Below are positions 1 to 9,674 of a stretch of DNA of 32,030 nucleotides, in pieces. Under the pieces are notes generated by a model, which searched no databases, was not told the origin of the DNA, and was given only the letters and a program-made list of their open reading frames with translations. Location: IMG/VR virus record IMGVR_UViG_3300044450_000032, positions 1 to 32,030 of that record; one strand, given 5' to 3'. Position numbers and translations under genes: made by a program. The number at the start of each line of letters is the position of its first letter. Position 1 is the first letter of the stretch. Origin of the DNA: a virus (taxonomy: Duplodnaviria; Caudoviricetes).

Positions 1-45
1 CTTCTGGTGTCATAATAACTGTGTGTGTTATAAAATTATACAAAA

Positions 46-77
46 ATTTAAGGCGGGTTTTAAAACCCGCCTTAAAT
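46..77 (-). terminator. Intrinsic terminator after the endolysin gene
   Basis: Perfect 32-bp palindrome ATTTAAGGCGGGTTTT/AAAACCCGCCTTAAAT followed by a T run on the minus strand. Confidence 0.8.
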
Positions 78-148
78 CATACTTTACACAGTATTTTGGA
101 TACTACCTAAAAATTGGACGAATGCCATCGTTACCAAAACCTTTGGAT

Positions 149-544
149 TTACTTACTTCTTTTATCCCACCTCTTACGCTCGCCGCGAATATCATAATGA
201 ACAAACGAGTCATACAACCCTAAACCACCCTCTAACATGTCGCCTGAGCTTATAAGCTTCTCAACCGTATTGTAAAGCTCTACCGTAGACATTCCTTTCA
301 CAACAATATCCGCAGCCTTTCCTTTTACGTGCTGAGAGTTTGGAACACCTCCGACCCTTGCGTTATGTTCAGGCGATCTATACGCGCTATTTATCTTTAT
401 TGGGTTTTTAAGATGATTCCTTAAGAACTGTAATTGATTTGCCAGCTTTACAATATTCTCAAAGACTTCCTGCGGCATTGGTGCGCCGTCCTTGCTTTGG
501 AATTCTTTTAGTTTAAAGTTTTCTGTTAGTTTCATATTAGTCAA
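149..544 (-). CDS. Endolysin, peptidase M15 (Zn D-Ala-D-Ala peptidase-like) family
   Basis: Motifs SAYRSPEHN, SQHVKGKAADI (SxHxxGxAxD) and FVHYD; lies downstream of the holin. Confidence 0.9.
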   Translation of the reverse strand: MTNMKLTENFKLKEFQSKDGAPMPQEVFENIVKLANQLQFLRNHLKNPIKINSAYRSPEHNARVGGVPNSQHVKGKAADIVVKGMSTVELYNTVEKLISSGDMLEGGLGLYDSFVHYDIRGERKRWDKRSK

Positions 545-1028
545 TAATTTCTTGTGATTCTCCGATAAAGTGTAGACTTATAGGTAATATTCCTATCCAT
601 TCAGCTATTAATAGGCTCCAAAAGTCAAAAGCAAAGTGTAGTATCATGGCCAAGACTATAAATGCGCCTGCGATTATCTTGTAAATACGCTGCTTTGTAG
701 AGCTGTAAACAATCATAACCACTACACTGCCGATAAAAAACACTGTAGCAGCTCCGTAGTGTAGAATTACCTCATGATTGTGTTTGGTGGTTCCAACTAG
801 TAAAAGAGCAATTCCTAACACTACGTTATACCATTTCTTTTTAATAAATCCGCTATACATGAATATTGTTGCCGCAATGGAAAGTAGTGCAGCATACAAC
901 AAATTCCCTTCGCTATATGCGTAATCCGATATACTGTCGCGCCATTCTCCCGTGTAGATGTAGAGTATCAAGGGTATCAGTACTAAGAATCCAGCGAACC
1001 ATGTTTGTAAATTTCTGAATCGTTTCAT
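537..1028 (-). CDS. Multi-pass membrane protein (DUF998-like) in the lysis module
   Basis: About 6 hydrophobic segments and an SISDY motif; overlaps both neighbours. Confidence 0.6.
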   Translation of the reverse strand: MKRFRNLQTWFAGFLVLIPLILYIYTGEWRDSISDYAYSEGNLLYAALLSIAATIFMYSGFIKKKWYNVVLGIALLLVGTTKHNHEVILHYGAATVFFIGSVVVMIVYSSTKQRIYKIIAGAFIVLAMILHFAFDFWSLLIAEWIGILPISLHFIGESQEIID

Positions 1029-1525
1029 TTCTCATCGTCTTGTTTTTCAACTTTGCATCCGTTCTTTTCCTCTATTTTGTTTATGTAGAAATTTATTTTG
1101 CTTTTCATCCAGTCGCGTATTTTTTTTATAATCAAGCTAACAGCATCTATTTTTTCTACTTCTTCTTTATTACGTATTGCATAGACATTTCCTAATATTG
1201 AGTAAGCTTCTGATATAATCATGACAATCATTACTATATTTACCGCTGCTGTGAAATCGACAGGTATTTTTAAACCTACTGCCGCCAATGTCATAGGTAT
1301 TAATATGAATATAAACTTTGTGGAAATGCCCCACCAAAAGATTGATAGCTTAACCTTGTATTTTAATCTATAAGCTTTTATAGCTCCTAAAAAAGAATCC
1401 ACAAGCATTAAGATTATTAATAGTAATGTTGTTTCTAAGTCAATTCCCAGGTAAGCAAAAACAGGATACACGATCACTTTTAAAAATTCATTAAATTTTT
1501 CTTCCATCGTGCTATTATGTTTCAT
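1025..1525 (-). CDS. Phage holin (holin 4-1-like)
   Basis: 3-4 TM segments, D-x-x-x-G motif (LVDSFLGAIK), ISEAYSILGN motif and charged C-terminus. Confidence 0.8.
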   Translation of the reverse strand: MKHNSTMEEKFNEFLKVIVYPVFAYLGIDLETTLLLIILMLVDSFLGAIKAYRLKYKVKLSIFWWGISTKFIFILIPMTLAAVGLKIPVDFTAAVNIVMIVMIISEAYSILGNVYAIRNKEEVEKIDAVSLIIKKIRDWMKSKINFYINKIEEKNGCKVEKQDDEK

Positions 1526-1560
1526 TTCTCATGCAATACTTCTTTAGGGGATTAATAACA

Positions 1561-2013
1561 TTATTTCTTATTAGATTTAGTTCTGCGATATATGTAAACT
1601 AACCATGTAAAATCAAGTATTAACGTAGTGGTTAAATCCAAAGAGAAACCACTCACGTCACTAACCGAAAGAATACTCCAGATTATTGTGCTTGCAATAA
1701 ATCCGTAAAAGGCTGTTAACGTAAATTCACAGAATTTGTATTTATTTAAAAACCACGCGAATGATGATATAACTAAAATATCGTAAGTGATAACTTTTAA
1801 AATTTCATAAATCGTGTAGGTTGTTGGGTATTGTATTTGTAAATCTTCGCAACCTGTAATTATCGGGTCGAATAGACTCGGAAAAAACAGGTTTAAGTTT
1901 TGCGTGAGAGAAATTAAAATAAAAAGCGCGCCCATTGAGTAAATAATTACTCTTTGAGCGTATACGCTTTCCATGATTTTTAATGGATATTTTAAATACT
2001 CTTTATAAGTCAT
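1561..2013 (-). CDS. Hypothetical membrane protein (about 4 TM)
   Basis: 150-aa ORF with hydrophobic segments and a basic C-terminal tail. Confidence 0.6.
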   Translation of the reverse strand: MTYKEYLKYPLKIMESVYAQRVIIYSMGALFILISLTQNLNLFFPSLFDPIITGCEDLQIQYPTTYTIYEILKVITYDILVISSFAWFLNKYKFCEFTLTAFYGFIASTIIWSILSVSDVSGFSLDLTTTLILDFTWLVYIYRRTKSNKK

Positions 2014-2156
2014 TACTCTAGTTTTTTAGGGCATGTAACGGTGTTGGTTGGATTGGGTGAAAACTCTTTTCCTGCCAACTCTTGATCATATACATCTTTA
2101 AAAAAAGTTAACATTTCATGTACTTCTATTAGCATTTGTTCTTGTTCTTGTGTCAT
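2013..2156 (-). CDS. Small hypothetical protein (47 aa, MTQEQEQMLIEVHEMLTFFKDVYDQELAGKEFSPNPTNTVTCPKKLE), not in the ORF track
   Basis: Manual translation; fills the gap exactly and has a TAATG overlap with the next gene. Confidence 0.65.
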   Translation of the reverse strand: MTQEQEQMLIEVHEMLTFFKDVYDQELAGKEFSPNPTNTVTCPKKLE

Positions 2157-2157
2157 T

Positions 2158-4050
2158 TTATATATGTTTGTTAATGTTAAGTTTTACGTAATATCTGTTA
2201 TTAGATTTAAAGATCTCGCCGACTTTCGTTATGAAATTTGCTTCACTTCCTAGTCTTTGAAAATACATTTTAGAAAGCCAAGAAGAATAACCTGTATATG
2301 AGCCTGAATTTGCATTAACTGCTAAACCAGCGTTTAATGTTGAATTGTAAAAATCATTAACGCCGTAACTAGATGTTCTTAACGCAATTGTTATACCTGT
2401 TTTCGCTGCGTCTGTCGAAGGAACTCCAGCACTTCCCGCGGGAACGTATGCACGCCCCTTAGCAATCATTATGTAGTCTTTTTTATTCCCTATAATTGGA
2501 TTATTAGTGACTGACTCATAATCTTCAAGGTTTACGCTGAATCGTGGTGTATAAAACTCTTCAAATTGCCTCCTAAAGCCGTTTGAAGAATAAGTTAAAA
2601 ATGGAAACATAGCGGAGTAAAACCACCCTAACCGAGCCGGTACTAAAAATTTCATTTCGTACCTAACATTGATTAGTTCGTTATTAAAATCATGAAATTG
2701 TGTTACGTTAGCTATATCTACCTTATTTTCGTATTCTCCATAAAAATCTACTATATTTTGCTTGATGGAAATTAACTTTCCATAATACAAAGTGTCTTGT
2801 ACTATATTAGTTTTTATACCGTCAATAAAGAATTCTATAGGCGAGCTTAAAAACTCGTTTTTGTGCATATTCCCACCAATATCTTCAATAGCTCCGTTAT
2901 TGACACTCGCTTGATATGCATACTCTAATTCGCTACCCTCTTTTTGAATTAAAAACTCGTCAATAGAAAATGAGGTTTTTGCGACTCTAAGCCAATCAAT
3001 ACTACCGTCTGAAACAGTTCCACCTGAGTGTGATGGTGTTACTTCTCCTGTTATTCCTGAATTTTGTGCTACATATATTGCGCCGTTCACACCTATCATT
3101 TCATCATATTGCTGAACCGTAACACCTTGTTTGTGTTTAATAGGTTTGACAAGCGGGTCTCCTGGCTTTACTTCATCCGTAATAATTTCTAATGCATTAA
3201 ACCAAGTTTGATTACCTGTTTGGTTTGTTGTACCTGTGTTGGTTATTACTATAGTATGCTCAACATTATTGCTAAGGGCTTCAATAAATTGCTTTTGTTT
3301 GTAGTTATTGTTTACTGCGTCATAAGTGTCTACGTTTACAGGTGTTCCACCGTCTATTGTAACAGACATAATTCCGCCGTTGTTGCGTCCTACGTAGTAT
3401 AAATAAAGATCACCCTTAAATTTTGCCGTGAATGTTATAGTTTCACCTTGTGTTACAGTTGTTGCAACTCGATGTCCTATGTAAGGGGTTGAATCATTAC
3501 TATTATAAATACTCCAGCCACTAGTTATTGTTGTTGCATCGTTTATTGTTAGATAGCTATTCAATTTATAAACTCTTTGTTTTACAAGTTTATACGGTGT
3601 TTCTTCAATACCTCCAATAACCGCGCCGCTGTTTTTCATAGTTACTTCTAACCAGTCGTTAGAACCTAAGTGTTTATTAATAACGATCTCACTACTTGAT
3701 TTCTCTAGTGAACAACCAAGAACACCTGTAGAGCCTGTTTTTGAAACTTCTATTTCATGCTCGTTTGAAAGTTGATGACCCTGTAACACTCCACCATTTA
3801 CTAAAGAACTACTAGTAAATAATATAGGGAGTAAAGCAGCTTGCAATAAAGCAACACTAGCGTAAGTACTTCCGTTTACTGTAAATTCCGTGTATAATCT
3901 TGGTGTTCCCTCTGTTAGGTCAATAGCAGCATTTCCGTAAGTGTTTATGATTTGAACTTTGTTTCCTTTTACCAAGGGAGCGAAGTTTTTAAAATACGGA
4001 ATACCATTGTATGTAAAAGTCGTCGCATTAACATTGTTTATCGTTACCAT
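2158..4050 (-). CDS. Tail fibre/receptor-binding or decoration protein with carbohydrate-binding-like domains
   Basis: Beta-rich. Contains a beta-sandwich (GIMSVTIDGG...EHTIVITNTG) and a CBM5/12-like motif (YVAQNSGITGEVTPSHSGGTVSDGSIDW). Located between head-completion and lysis genes. Confidence 0.65.
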   Translation of the reverse strand: MVTINNVNATTFTYNGIPYFKNFAPLVKGNKVQIINTYGNAAIDLTEGTPRLYTEFTVNGSTYASVALLQAALLPILFTSSSLVNGGVLQGHQLSNEHEIEVSKTGSTGVLGCSLEKSSSEIVINKHLGSNDWLEVTMKNSGAVIGGIEETPYKLVKQRVYKLNSYLTINDATTITSGWSIYNSNDSTPYIGHRVATTVTQGETITFTAKFKGDLYLYYVGRNNGGIMSVTIDGGTPVNVDTYDAVNNNYKQKQFIEALSNNVEHTIVITNTGTTNQTGNQTWFNALEIITDEVKPGDPLVKPIKHKQGVTVQQYDEMIGVNGAIYVAQNSGITGEVTPSHSGGTVSDGSIDWLRVAKTSFSIDEFLIQKEGSELEYAYQASVNNGAIEDIGGNMHKNEFLSSPIEFFIDGIKTNIVQDTLYYGKLISIKQNIVDFYGEYENKVDIANVTQFHDFNNELINVRYEMKFLVPARLGWFYSAMFPFLTYSSNGFRRQFEEFYTPRFSVNLEDYESVTNNPIIGNKKDYIMIAKGRAYVPAGSAGVPSTDAAKTGITIALRTSSYGVNDFYNSTLNAGLAVNANSGSYTGYSSWLSKMYFQRLGSEANFITKVGEIFKSNNRYYVKLNINKHI

Positions 4051-4571
4051 GATTTAGAGATTTTAGAAATTTTAAACGTATTCTTTCTTCTTGTGCAATT
4101 TTTAAATAGCTCCACTTCGGTGCGTATTAAAAAGTCTTGAACATTAAGCCAGTAATTGTATGCAGTGTTTTTATTTAGAGTATTGAGCTGTTTTTTTGTG
4201 TTTATTGACAGGGTTTGACTATGTGGGTTATCTAACTTTATCGTAGCGCCAAAAGGATTATCTATAACATCACCCTCCATTATCCATCGAGCATAGATAT
4301 AATTTGCCAAAACCACTCTTAAACCATAATTTGAATATGTGATATTTTGATACGTGTAAGTACTACCGTTTAACAGATCATCGTAAGTTGTTTCGTTAGC
4401 AGCTACTTTAGCTAAAATATCATTGTATAAGCGATCTCCTAAAAGCGGTCTTAAATCAATAAATTGTGAATCAAGTATTATTTGATTTAGTTTTTCATTG
4501 TTGTTGCTATTAGATAGTTGCTTGTACTGCTGTATCTGCGCTCTCGTTATTAGTTTTGTTGTTGTTGACAT
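4044..4571 (-). CDS. Head-tail connector/adaptor-like protein
   Basis: Follows the portal; QFIDLRPLLG...YDDLLNG pattern resembles Bacteroidota phage head-completion proteins. Confidence 0.6.
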   Translation of the reverse strand: MSTTTKLITRAQIQQYKQLSNSNNNEKLNQIILDSQFIDLRPLLGDRLYNDILAKVAANETTYDDLLNGSTYTYQNITYSNYGLRVVLANYIYARWIMEGDVIDNPFGATIKLDNPHSQTLSINTKKQLNTLNKNTAYNYWLNVQDFLIRTEVELFKNCTRRKNTFKISKISKSW

Positions 4572-5772
4572 CGATTAAAGGAATTACATTTACTTCTTTC
4601 TCTACTCCTACATGTTTTAAGACTTTGTTTAAAATCTTTACAAACCTGTTTCTTTCCTTTTCTGTGTTTTCCCAATAGGTTTTTTTTGCTTCTCGAAGTG
4701 CTTCTCCGCTATTTCCAAATAGTGAGCTATCAGGCGACTTTACAAGAGCTACAGGAATGTTGCAAAAAGCCATCAAAATATTTTTAGAAACGCTGTTTTC
4801 TGTGAATTCAAACATTTTATCATCGATCTTACTTTCGATTTGCTTGATTAATATAGCGTCCTCGAATTTGTCACCGTCAGATTCTAATTCTATAAGCATT
4901 GCGCCGCCTGCTTGATCCGCTCCGATGAAAGATTGTATTGTTTCTTTTGTTTGATCTGCTTCACTTCTTTGCCTTTGATAATGTCTGTAGTCTTGACTTG
5001 ATATAATTTCCTCGGTTGGATTTGAATACGATTCGTCATAATCCGAATCAACCAAAGGTTTAGTAATTACCAATGTTTTTCCAAAAAAACCATTTCTCAA
5101 AAGTTGGTTTTTGTAAACAGACGCTTGTGCTTCGCTGTCACAGTCATTCATAACTGTATCAATTCGTGAAAGTGGGTAATAGTATTTCTTATCGTAGTTT
5201 ATATATAAGATTTGCCCTTTATATTTTTTGATTCCGCCAGCTTTTTTTATTTGAGCTTCAACTACTTCTTGTATTGGATTGAAAACATCATAAACAGAGA
5301 CTTCTTTTTCTGTTATTTTTGGCTGCAACCAATCATCGCAAAGTAAAATCTTACCGTTATACTTTTTACTGTCCTTTTTCCCTACTCTTGACGTCTCAAA
5401 CGGTACTATTTTTGGGTTAGTTGGCACATACTTAATGCTCCCCGTACTTGTAGACTCTACTTTGTAGTTAAAATGTATTGTTACCCCTCTATTAACAACT
5501 AAGGATTCATCCAGTTCCTCAGCAAATTCAATAAGTTCTTGTTGCGAATCTTGATTTACTATTAAATCGTCATTTTCTCCAAAGCCTTTGCCTATTAAAT
5601 ACTGTTGCATTAATCCAGCGGACATCTTAGCGGTTACAGAATTGTTTACTAAACGATCTGTTCGCTCTGTATACCCATTGTCTACGCCGTTTTTGTAGAT
5701 TTCTAGTTTTTTGTCCCACTTTATAAGGCGTTTTGCAATGTCAAACAAATATGTTTGCATTCTTGCCTTCAT
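4510..5772 (-). CDS. Portal protein
   Basis: 420 aa in the head module, with YYYPLS, NGFF and a C-terminal ILMAFCNIPVAL..FGNSG portal-like motif. Confidence 0.75.
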   Translation of the reverse strand: MKARMQTYLFDIAKRLIKWDKKLEIYKNGVDNGYTERTDRLVNNSVTAKMSAGLMQQYLIGKGFGENDDLIVNQDSQQELIEFAEELDESLVVNRGVTIHFNYKVESTSTGSIKYVPTNPKIVPFETSRVGKKDSKKYNGKILLCDDWLQPKITEKEVSVYDVFNPIQEVVEAQIKKAGGIKKYKGQILYINYDKKYYYPLSRIDTVMNDCDSEAQASVYKNQLLRNGFFGKTLVITKPLVDSDYDESYSNPTEEIISSQDYRHYQRQRSEADQTKETIQSFIGADQAGGAMLIELESDGDKFEDAILIKQIESKIDDKMFEFTENSVSKNILMAFCNIPVALVKSPDSSLFGNSGEALREAKKTYWENTEKERNRFVKILNKVLKHVGVEKEVNVIPLIDVNNNKTNNESADTAVQATI

Positions 5773-6317
5773 TAACTTTCAAGTTTTTCTAAAAATACTT
5801 TTACAGAAGTTGCTTTTATGTTTGGATATTTTTCACGAAGTTCTTTCAAACTAAGCTCAGAGTCTTTTTTTTCAGAAACATTTTTATTATCGCTGCTACC
5901 TGTATTTTCTTTTTCTAAAATATCTTTTACCTGCAAACCTTTTGGATAAATATCAAAAAGAAACTCTATAGCTTCATCTCCTTTATGGACAGCGTATCTT
6001 TTGATCAATATTTCGGCGTATTGATTGGTTAAATTTGCATTTGTAACATGTATTTTGCTTCCAAACTGCAACTGCAACCCTTCTCTTTTTTTATGTAGTC
6101 TATAATCTGTCTCGTTTTCCATGACTTGAAATTTTTCTTTGTACTCTTTTAGATAGTTTGCTATACAATTATTACAGCTTGGATTTACTTTTTTTTGAAA
6201 AGATTTTGTGTAGTCTTGAAGAAATACTTCTAAATACTTAACACCGTCAGCGGTTACCCCACTGACGATATTTTCTGTATCCATTTCTAACCAATTAAGC
6301 TTGTACGAATTTTGCAT
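5772..6317 (-). CDS. Hypothetical virion-associated protein (CxxC motif; short C-terminal helix-extension-helix-like segment); real start probably 6284
   Basis: ORF track; TAATG overlap with the portal gene. Confidence 0.6.
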   Translation of the reverse strand: MQNSYKLNWLEMDTENIVSGVTADGVKYLEVFLQDYTKSFQKKVNPSCNNCIANYLKEYKEKFQVMENETDYRLHKKREGLQLQFGSKIHVTNANLTNQYAEILIKRYAVHKGDEAIEFLFDIYPKGLQVKDILEKENTGSSDNKNVSEKKDSELSLKELREKYPNIKATSVKVFLEKLES

Positions 6318-6882
6318 CGTATGCTGTCTTAGTTGTTGCGTAATCTGTCTCTAATACTGTACTTGGTAAATATATTTCTTCGTAACCGTCTGCACTCGCA
6401 AGAGAGAATTGTAAAACACCATCATTTTCATTAGTGTTATGTACCTCTGTTGTAAGTTCCATGCCTGAGTCTAAACCATAGACTAAGAAAGCTTCTGCGT
6501 TGTTTGCGCCCTTCCATTTTCTTTCAACCATTACTGCGTATTTCCCACCTTTAGCCATCTCGTTTAATTGAGCTTTGTTAGCTGCGCTAGCATTAAAAAC
6601 AACACCATTAAATGTATGCTTTCGCTTGTCATTTGAAAACTCTTTTTTAACAAGTTCCGACATAGCAACATTAACTTGCTTTACACCTTGTAATAAATAA
6701 CCTGTTTTCCCTGTTTTTAGTTGGAAATTGGTTACTATATCAGGGTTTGTTCCGTCTCTTGTTATTGCGGTGTAGTCTATATCTAGAGTATTAAACAGTA
6801 ATACATTTGACTCAATACCTCCTATCGGTGCATTCGCGCAATCAAACAGCATATCTGCTGTAATCAATCCTTCACATGCCAT
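6295..6882 (-). CDS. Major tail (tube) protein
   Basis: MAC...DC...GGIE N-terminus and YGLDSGMEL motif; follows the capsid gene. Confidence 0.65.
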   Translation of the reverse strand: MACEGLITADMLFDCANAPIGGIESNVLLFNTLDIDYTAITRDGTNPDIVTNFQLKTGKTGYLLQGVKQVNVAMSELVKKEFSNDKRKHTFNGVVFNASAANKAQLNEMAKGGKYAVMVERKWKGANNAEAFLVYGLDSGMELTTEVHNTNENDGVLQFSLASADGYEEIYLPSTVLETDYATTKTAYDAKFVQA

Positions 6883-6903
6883 ATCTGTTAATTTTAAAGG
6901 TTA

Positions 6904-7980
6904 TTAGTATGCGAAAACCGCTAAGTATTTTTCCATAAATTTAGCATCGATAGAATAAACTCCATCAATATAATTCTTTCCAGAAACCTTATCATAAAAA
7001 GCATCTAACTCACCCCAATCACCCTCTGAAAGTGTTCCAATTGGTAAGTTTAAGGGTGTTGATAAAACTGCTCTATGCGGTAAATTGTATTTTGTTCCGT
7101 TATCCTCGTACTCTTTAATATTTCTATCCCAAATTTGCATTTTTACAACTTCAACACCTCGGTAGGTTAATCTGTCTTTTCCGTTTTCGTTGATGAGAGT
7201 ATTTCCAGCTCCTTGATTCTGCTTATCTTCTAAATCATTAATATAGCCATCGTAAAGCGTTCTCGTTACATAAAATTTCTTATTAGGACTATCTAACAAT
7301 CTACTATCAGCTTTATTATACATTGATTTTAAAGTGTTGATAGATTCATTAGCCGCTAATTCTTGTGCTGTATAACTTGCTCCGTCATTTTTAGCAATAT
7401 CTACATGGAGTGCATCTCCCGAAGGTATAGCTGCAAACATCTGCTTAAACAATCCATCAAAAGTGTTAAAGTATTCTTTGTCTGTTCCGTTTTTTAAAAC
7501 TCCTGAATTAGCTACTGTGTCAGCGGCTATATCAGAGAACCATGCTTTTCTAAGTAAGGCAACCTTAAAACCTTCCATTACTTTACCTACTAAAAAGTTC
7601 CCTGTAGTAGAATTAGACCCTTCAATAACATTCATGAAATCAGGGTTCATTCTAGCCATTTGATTAACTAGTTTATCTTGTGCGTTTACATCTGTAGAAC
7701 AATGTGGTAATCTAAAATCTTCATATACAGGAGTCCAAAATTTATTAGACATTGTAACTCCGCTAATTTCATTTTTAACACAATTAGCCTTTACTTTTTT
7801 ACCCATTAAACCAATACTCCCAGCAAAAACAATCTGTTCATTATGTTTTATACCTTCTTGAATATCATGGATATTATTTAATTCTGGATCGCCATAAGTT
7901 AATTCGTGAATTACTTCCGACCAATCATCTACCTCCGTTGCATTAAATGTAAATGCACCATTATTTATTGCGCTTGCCAT
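6904..7980 (-). CDS. Major capsid protein
   Basis: 358 aa directly after the protease/scaffold gene; FNTFDGLFKQ motif typical of HK97-fold capsid proteins. Confidence 0.8.
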   Translation of the reverse strand: MASAINNGAFTFNATEVDDWSEVIHELTYGDPELNNIHDIQEGIKHNEQIVFAGSIGLMGKKVKANCVKNEISGVTMSNKFWTPVYEDFRLPHCSTDVNAQDKLVNQMARMNPDFMNVIEGSNSTTGNFLVGKVMEGFKVALLRKAWFSDIAADTVANSGVLKNGTDKEYFNTFDGLFKQMFAAIPSGDALHVDIAKNDGASYTAQELAANESINTLKSMYNKADSRLLDSPNKKFYVTRTLYDGYINDLEDKQNQGAGNTLINENGKDRLTYRGVEVVKMQIWDRNIKEYEDNGTKYNLPHRAVLSTPLNLPIGTLSEGDWGELDAFYDKVSGKNYIDGVYSIDAKFMEKYLAVFAY

Positions 7981-9161
7981 TATCTTCTATTTTTTCTTGC
8001 TTCAATTAATCTTTGTTTTGCTTTTTTAGCTTCACTTTCTACTTGTTGCGACGGAACAACCTCTTGTCTATTAGTCACAGGTTGAAAACTAAACTTTGTC
8101 CTTAGTTCAGCTTGAAACTTTTCAAACTGACCTTTAACATTTGTAATCTCTTGTTTTAAAGTTTGGTTTTCCTTTTGCGCTGTAGCTAGCTGTGTTTTAG
8201 CCGCTTCTTCGTTGGTTTTAGAAATGTTCAACTGCTCTTTAATGTCAGCAATTATCTTGTTCATTTCTTCCTGCGTCATTGTTTCTTCTGCTGCTGGCTC
8301 TCTAATTTCTGTTAGAACTCCATTATCAAAAACAAACGTGTTTCCGCTTGGCATAACATATTCGCCTTGCGCTGGTGAACCATCCACCAAACCTCTAGTT
8401 TCTAATGGGATTGGCTGACCTTCTTCCACATCAGGGAAATCAATCATTGTTTCACCGTCTGCGGTTGTTTCTGTCACATTCGTAGGTGTCTGCTTTTCTG
8501 TTTTAAAAAGGTTCGTAATCCCTTCTAACTTTGATTCAAGCCAACTCTTATCCTCAGAAGACATCTTCAATTCATTTGTTGTACTCATCTTATCATTAAT
8601 ATTAGTGTTTGTGTTTTTTTGAAAGTATGCTACAGGCTGCATCGCTTCGCTCTTGTAGTTTGCGAATCCTAGATTGTAAGCCTGCTCATATGTTAGTGTG
8701 GTTTCCTCTCGAAGCAAAGGAAGTATCGCTTCGTTTGTTAGGTTGGTAGCTTCTGTGTATTGCTTAAGCAGTTGTTTTTGGTACTCTGCTATTTCGTTGG
8801 CATATTCCATGATTTGTTCAGAATCTCCTAGAACACCACCTTGTGGTAAATGAATAAAAAAGTCTGTCCCCTCTTTAAGCTCTCTTTTTTCTCCTATCAG
8901 AAACAAAAGCGTGCCCATAGACGCAACCATACCAAAACCAAAAGTATTGATAGGCTTTCCAATAGATAATAAGTATTCTTTGATTTTGTTGCCCTCGTCA
9001 ATAGAGCCACCACAAGTATTAATATTTAATTTAAAACTTGTAGCGTTTGGATATTTTTGGACTTGCTCAATAACATCAAGCAATACAACACCTTCAACTT
9101 TGTTTCCAGCACCATCTTCGTACTGCCCAATATCTCCAACAATAAATATATTTGCTTGCAT
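7980..9161 (-). CDS. ClpP-like prohead protease fused to a C-terminal coiled-coil scaffold (start revised to MQANIF at 9161)
   Basis: INTCGGS, GMVASMG (catalytic Ser) and FIHLP (His); C-terminal heptad-rich region. Confidence 0.85.
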   Translation of the reverse strand: MQANIFIVGDIGQYEDGAGNKVEGVVLLDVIEQVQKYPNATSFKLNINTCGGSIDEGNKIKEYLLSIGKPINTFGFGMVASMGTLLFLIGEKRELKEGTDFFIHLPQGGVLGDSEQIMEYANEIAEYQKQLLKQYTEATNLTNEAILPLLREETTLTYEQAYNLGFANYKSEAMQPVAYFQKNTNTNINDKMSTTNELKMSSEDKSWLESKLEGITNLFKTEKQTPTNVTETTADGETMIDFPDVEEGQPIPLETRGLVDGSPAQGEYVMPSGNTFVFDNGVLTEIREPAAEETMTQEEMNKIIADIKEQLNISKTNEEAAKTQLATAQKENQTLKQEITNVKGQFEKFQAELRTKFSFQPVTNRQEVVPSQQVESEAKKAKQRLIEARKNRR

Positions 9162-9164
9162 ACT

Positions 9165-9172
9165 CAAAAGTA
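9165..9172 (-). promoter_or_regulatory. Bacteroidota sigma-70 -7 element TACTTTTG for the head operon
   Basis: Exact TAnnTTTG match ending 3 nt before the ATG at 9161. Confidence 0.6.
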
Positions 9173-9191
9173 TGCACATATAGTGTAATTT

Positions 9192-9440
9192 CTACGACAT
9201 TTGTTTGACGCTTGTGTTTTCTTCCATAAATTCGACAATACGTTGTACTTTTCTTAAACTTATGTCGTGTTTAGTAGATATTATTTTTTTTGAAGAAGCT
9301 TCGTTATTGGTTTGTAGTTCGTCTAAATATTCCTCGTAGTATGTTTTGTAATCTAGGATTGTCATAGGAATAACTCTTGCTTGTATTAATGTTAGCAGGT
9401 TTCTTCCCAAACTTTGTATTATTTCGTAACGTTTCGCCAT
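9192..9440 (-). CDS. Small HTH-like protein, possible late-gene regulator
   Basis: C-terminal ISTKHDISLRKVQRIV resembles an HTH; directly upstream of the putative head promoter. Confidence 0.55.
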   Translation of the reverse strand: MAKRYEIIQSLGRNLLTLIQARVIPMTILDYKTYYEEYLDELQTNNEASSKKIISTKHDISLRKVQRIVEFMEENTSVKQMS

Positions 9441-9673
9441 TTCTTACATATATCATTCTTCGTTCTTACCTTGGCTGAAAGAGGACAACCACCGCAATCA
9501 TCACAGTATCGTCCTTGTATTTCTGTTAACCTATCATTTATAAACGCGGTTAAAATCCCTTTTTTATTATGTTCGCAAATTGCGCATATTTTAGAGCGTT
9601 GTTCCGCGATCTTTTCTGTTACTTCTGATTTATCAATAAAGTTTTTCCAACCACTTAAAATATCTTTTATCAT
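9419..9673 (-). CDS. Cys-rich putative zinc-binding protein
   Basis: CAIC...CDDCGGCP...C pattern. Confidence 0.65.
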   Translation of the reverse strand: MIKDILSGWKNFIDKSEVTEKIAEQRSKICAICEHNKKGILTAFINDRLTEIQGRYCDDCGGCPLSAKVRTKNDICKKWRNVTK

Positions 9674-9674
9674 T

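Noticed and set aside
78-148. Small hairpins between the endolysin stop and the terminator
   Set aside because: Stems are only 4-5 bp and AT-rich; insufficient evidence for an RNA element.
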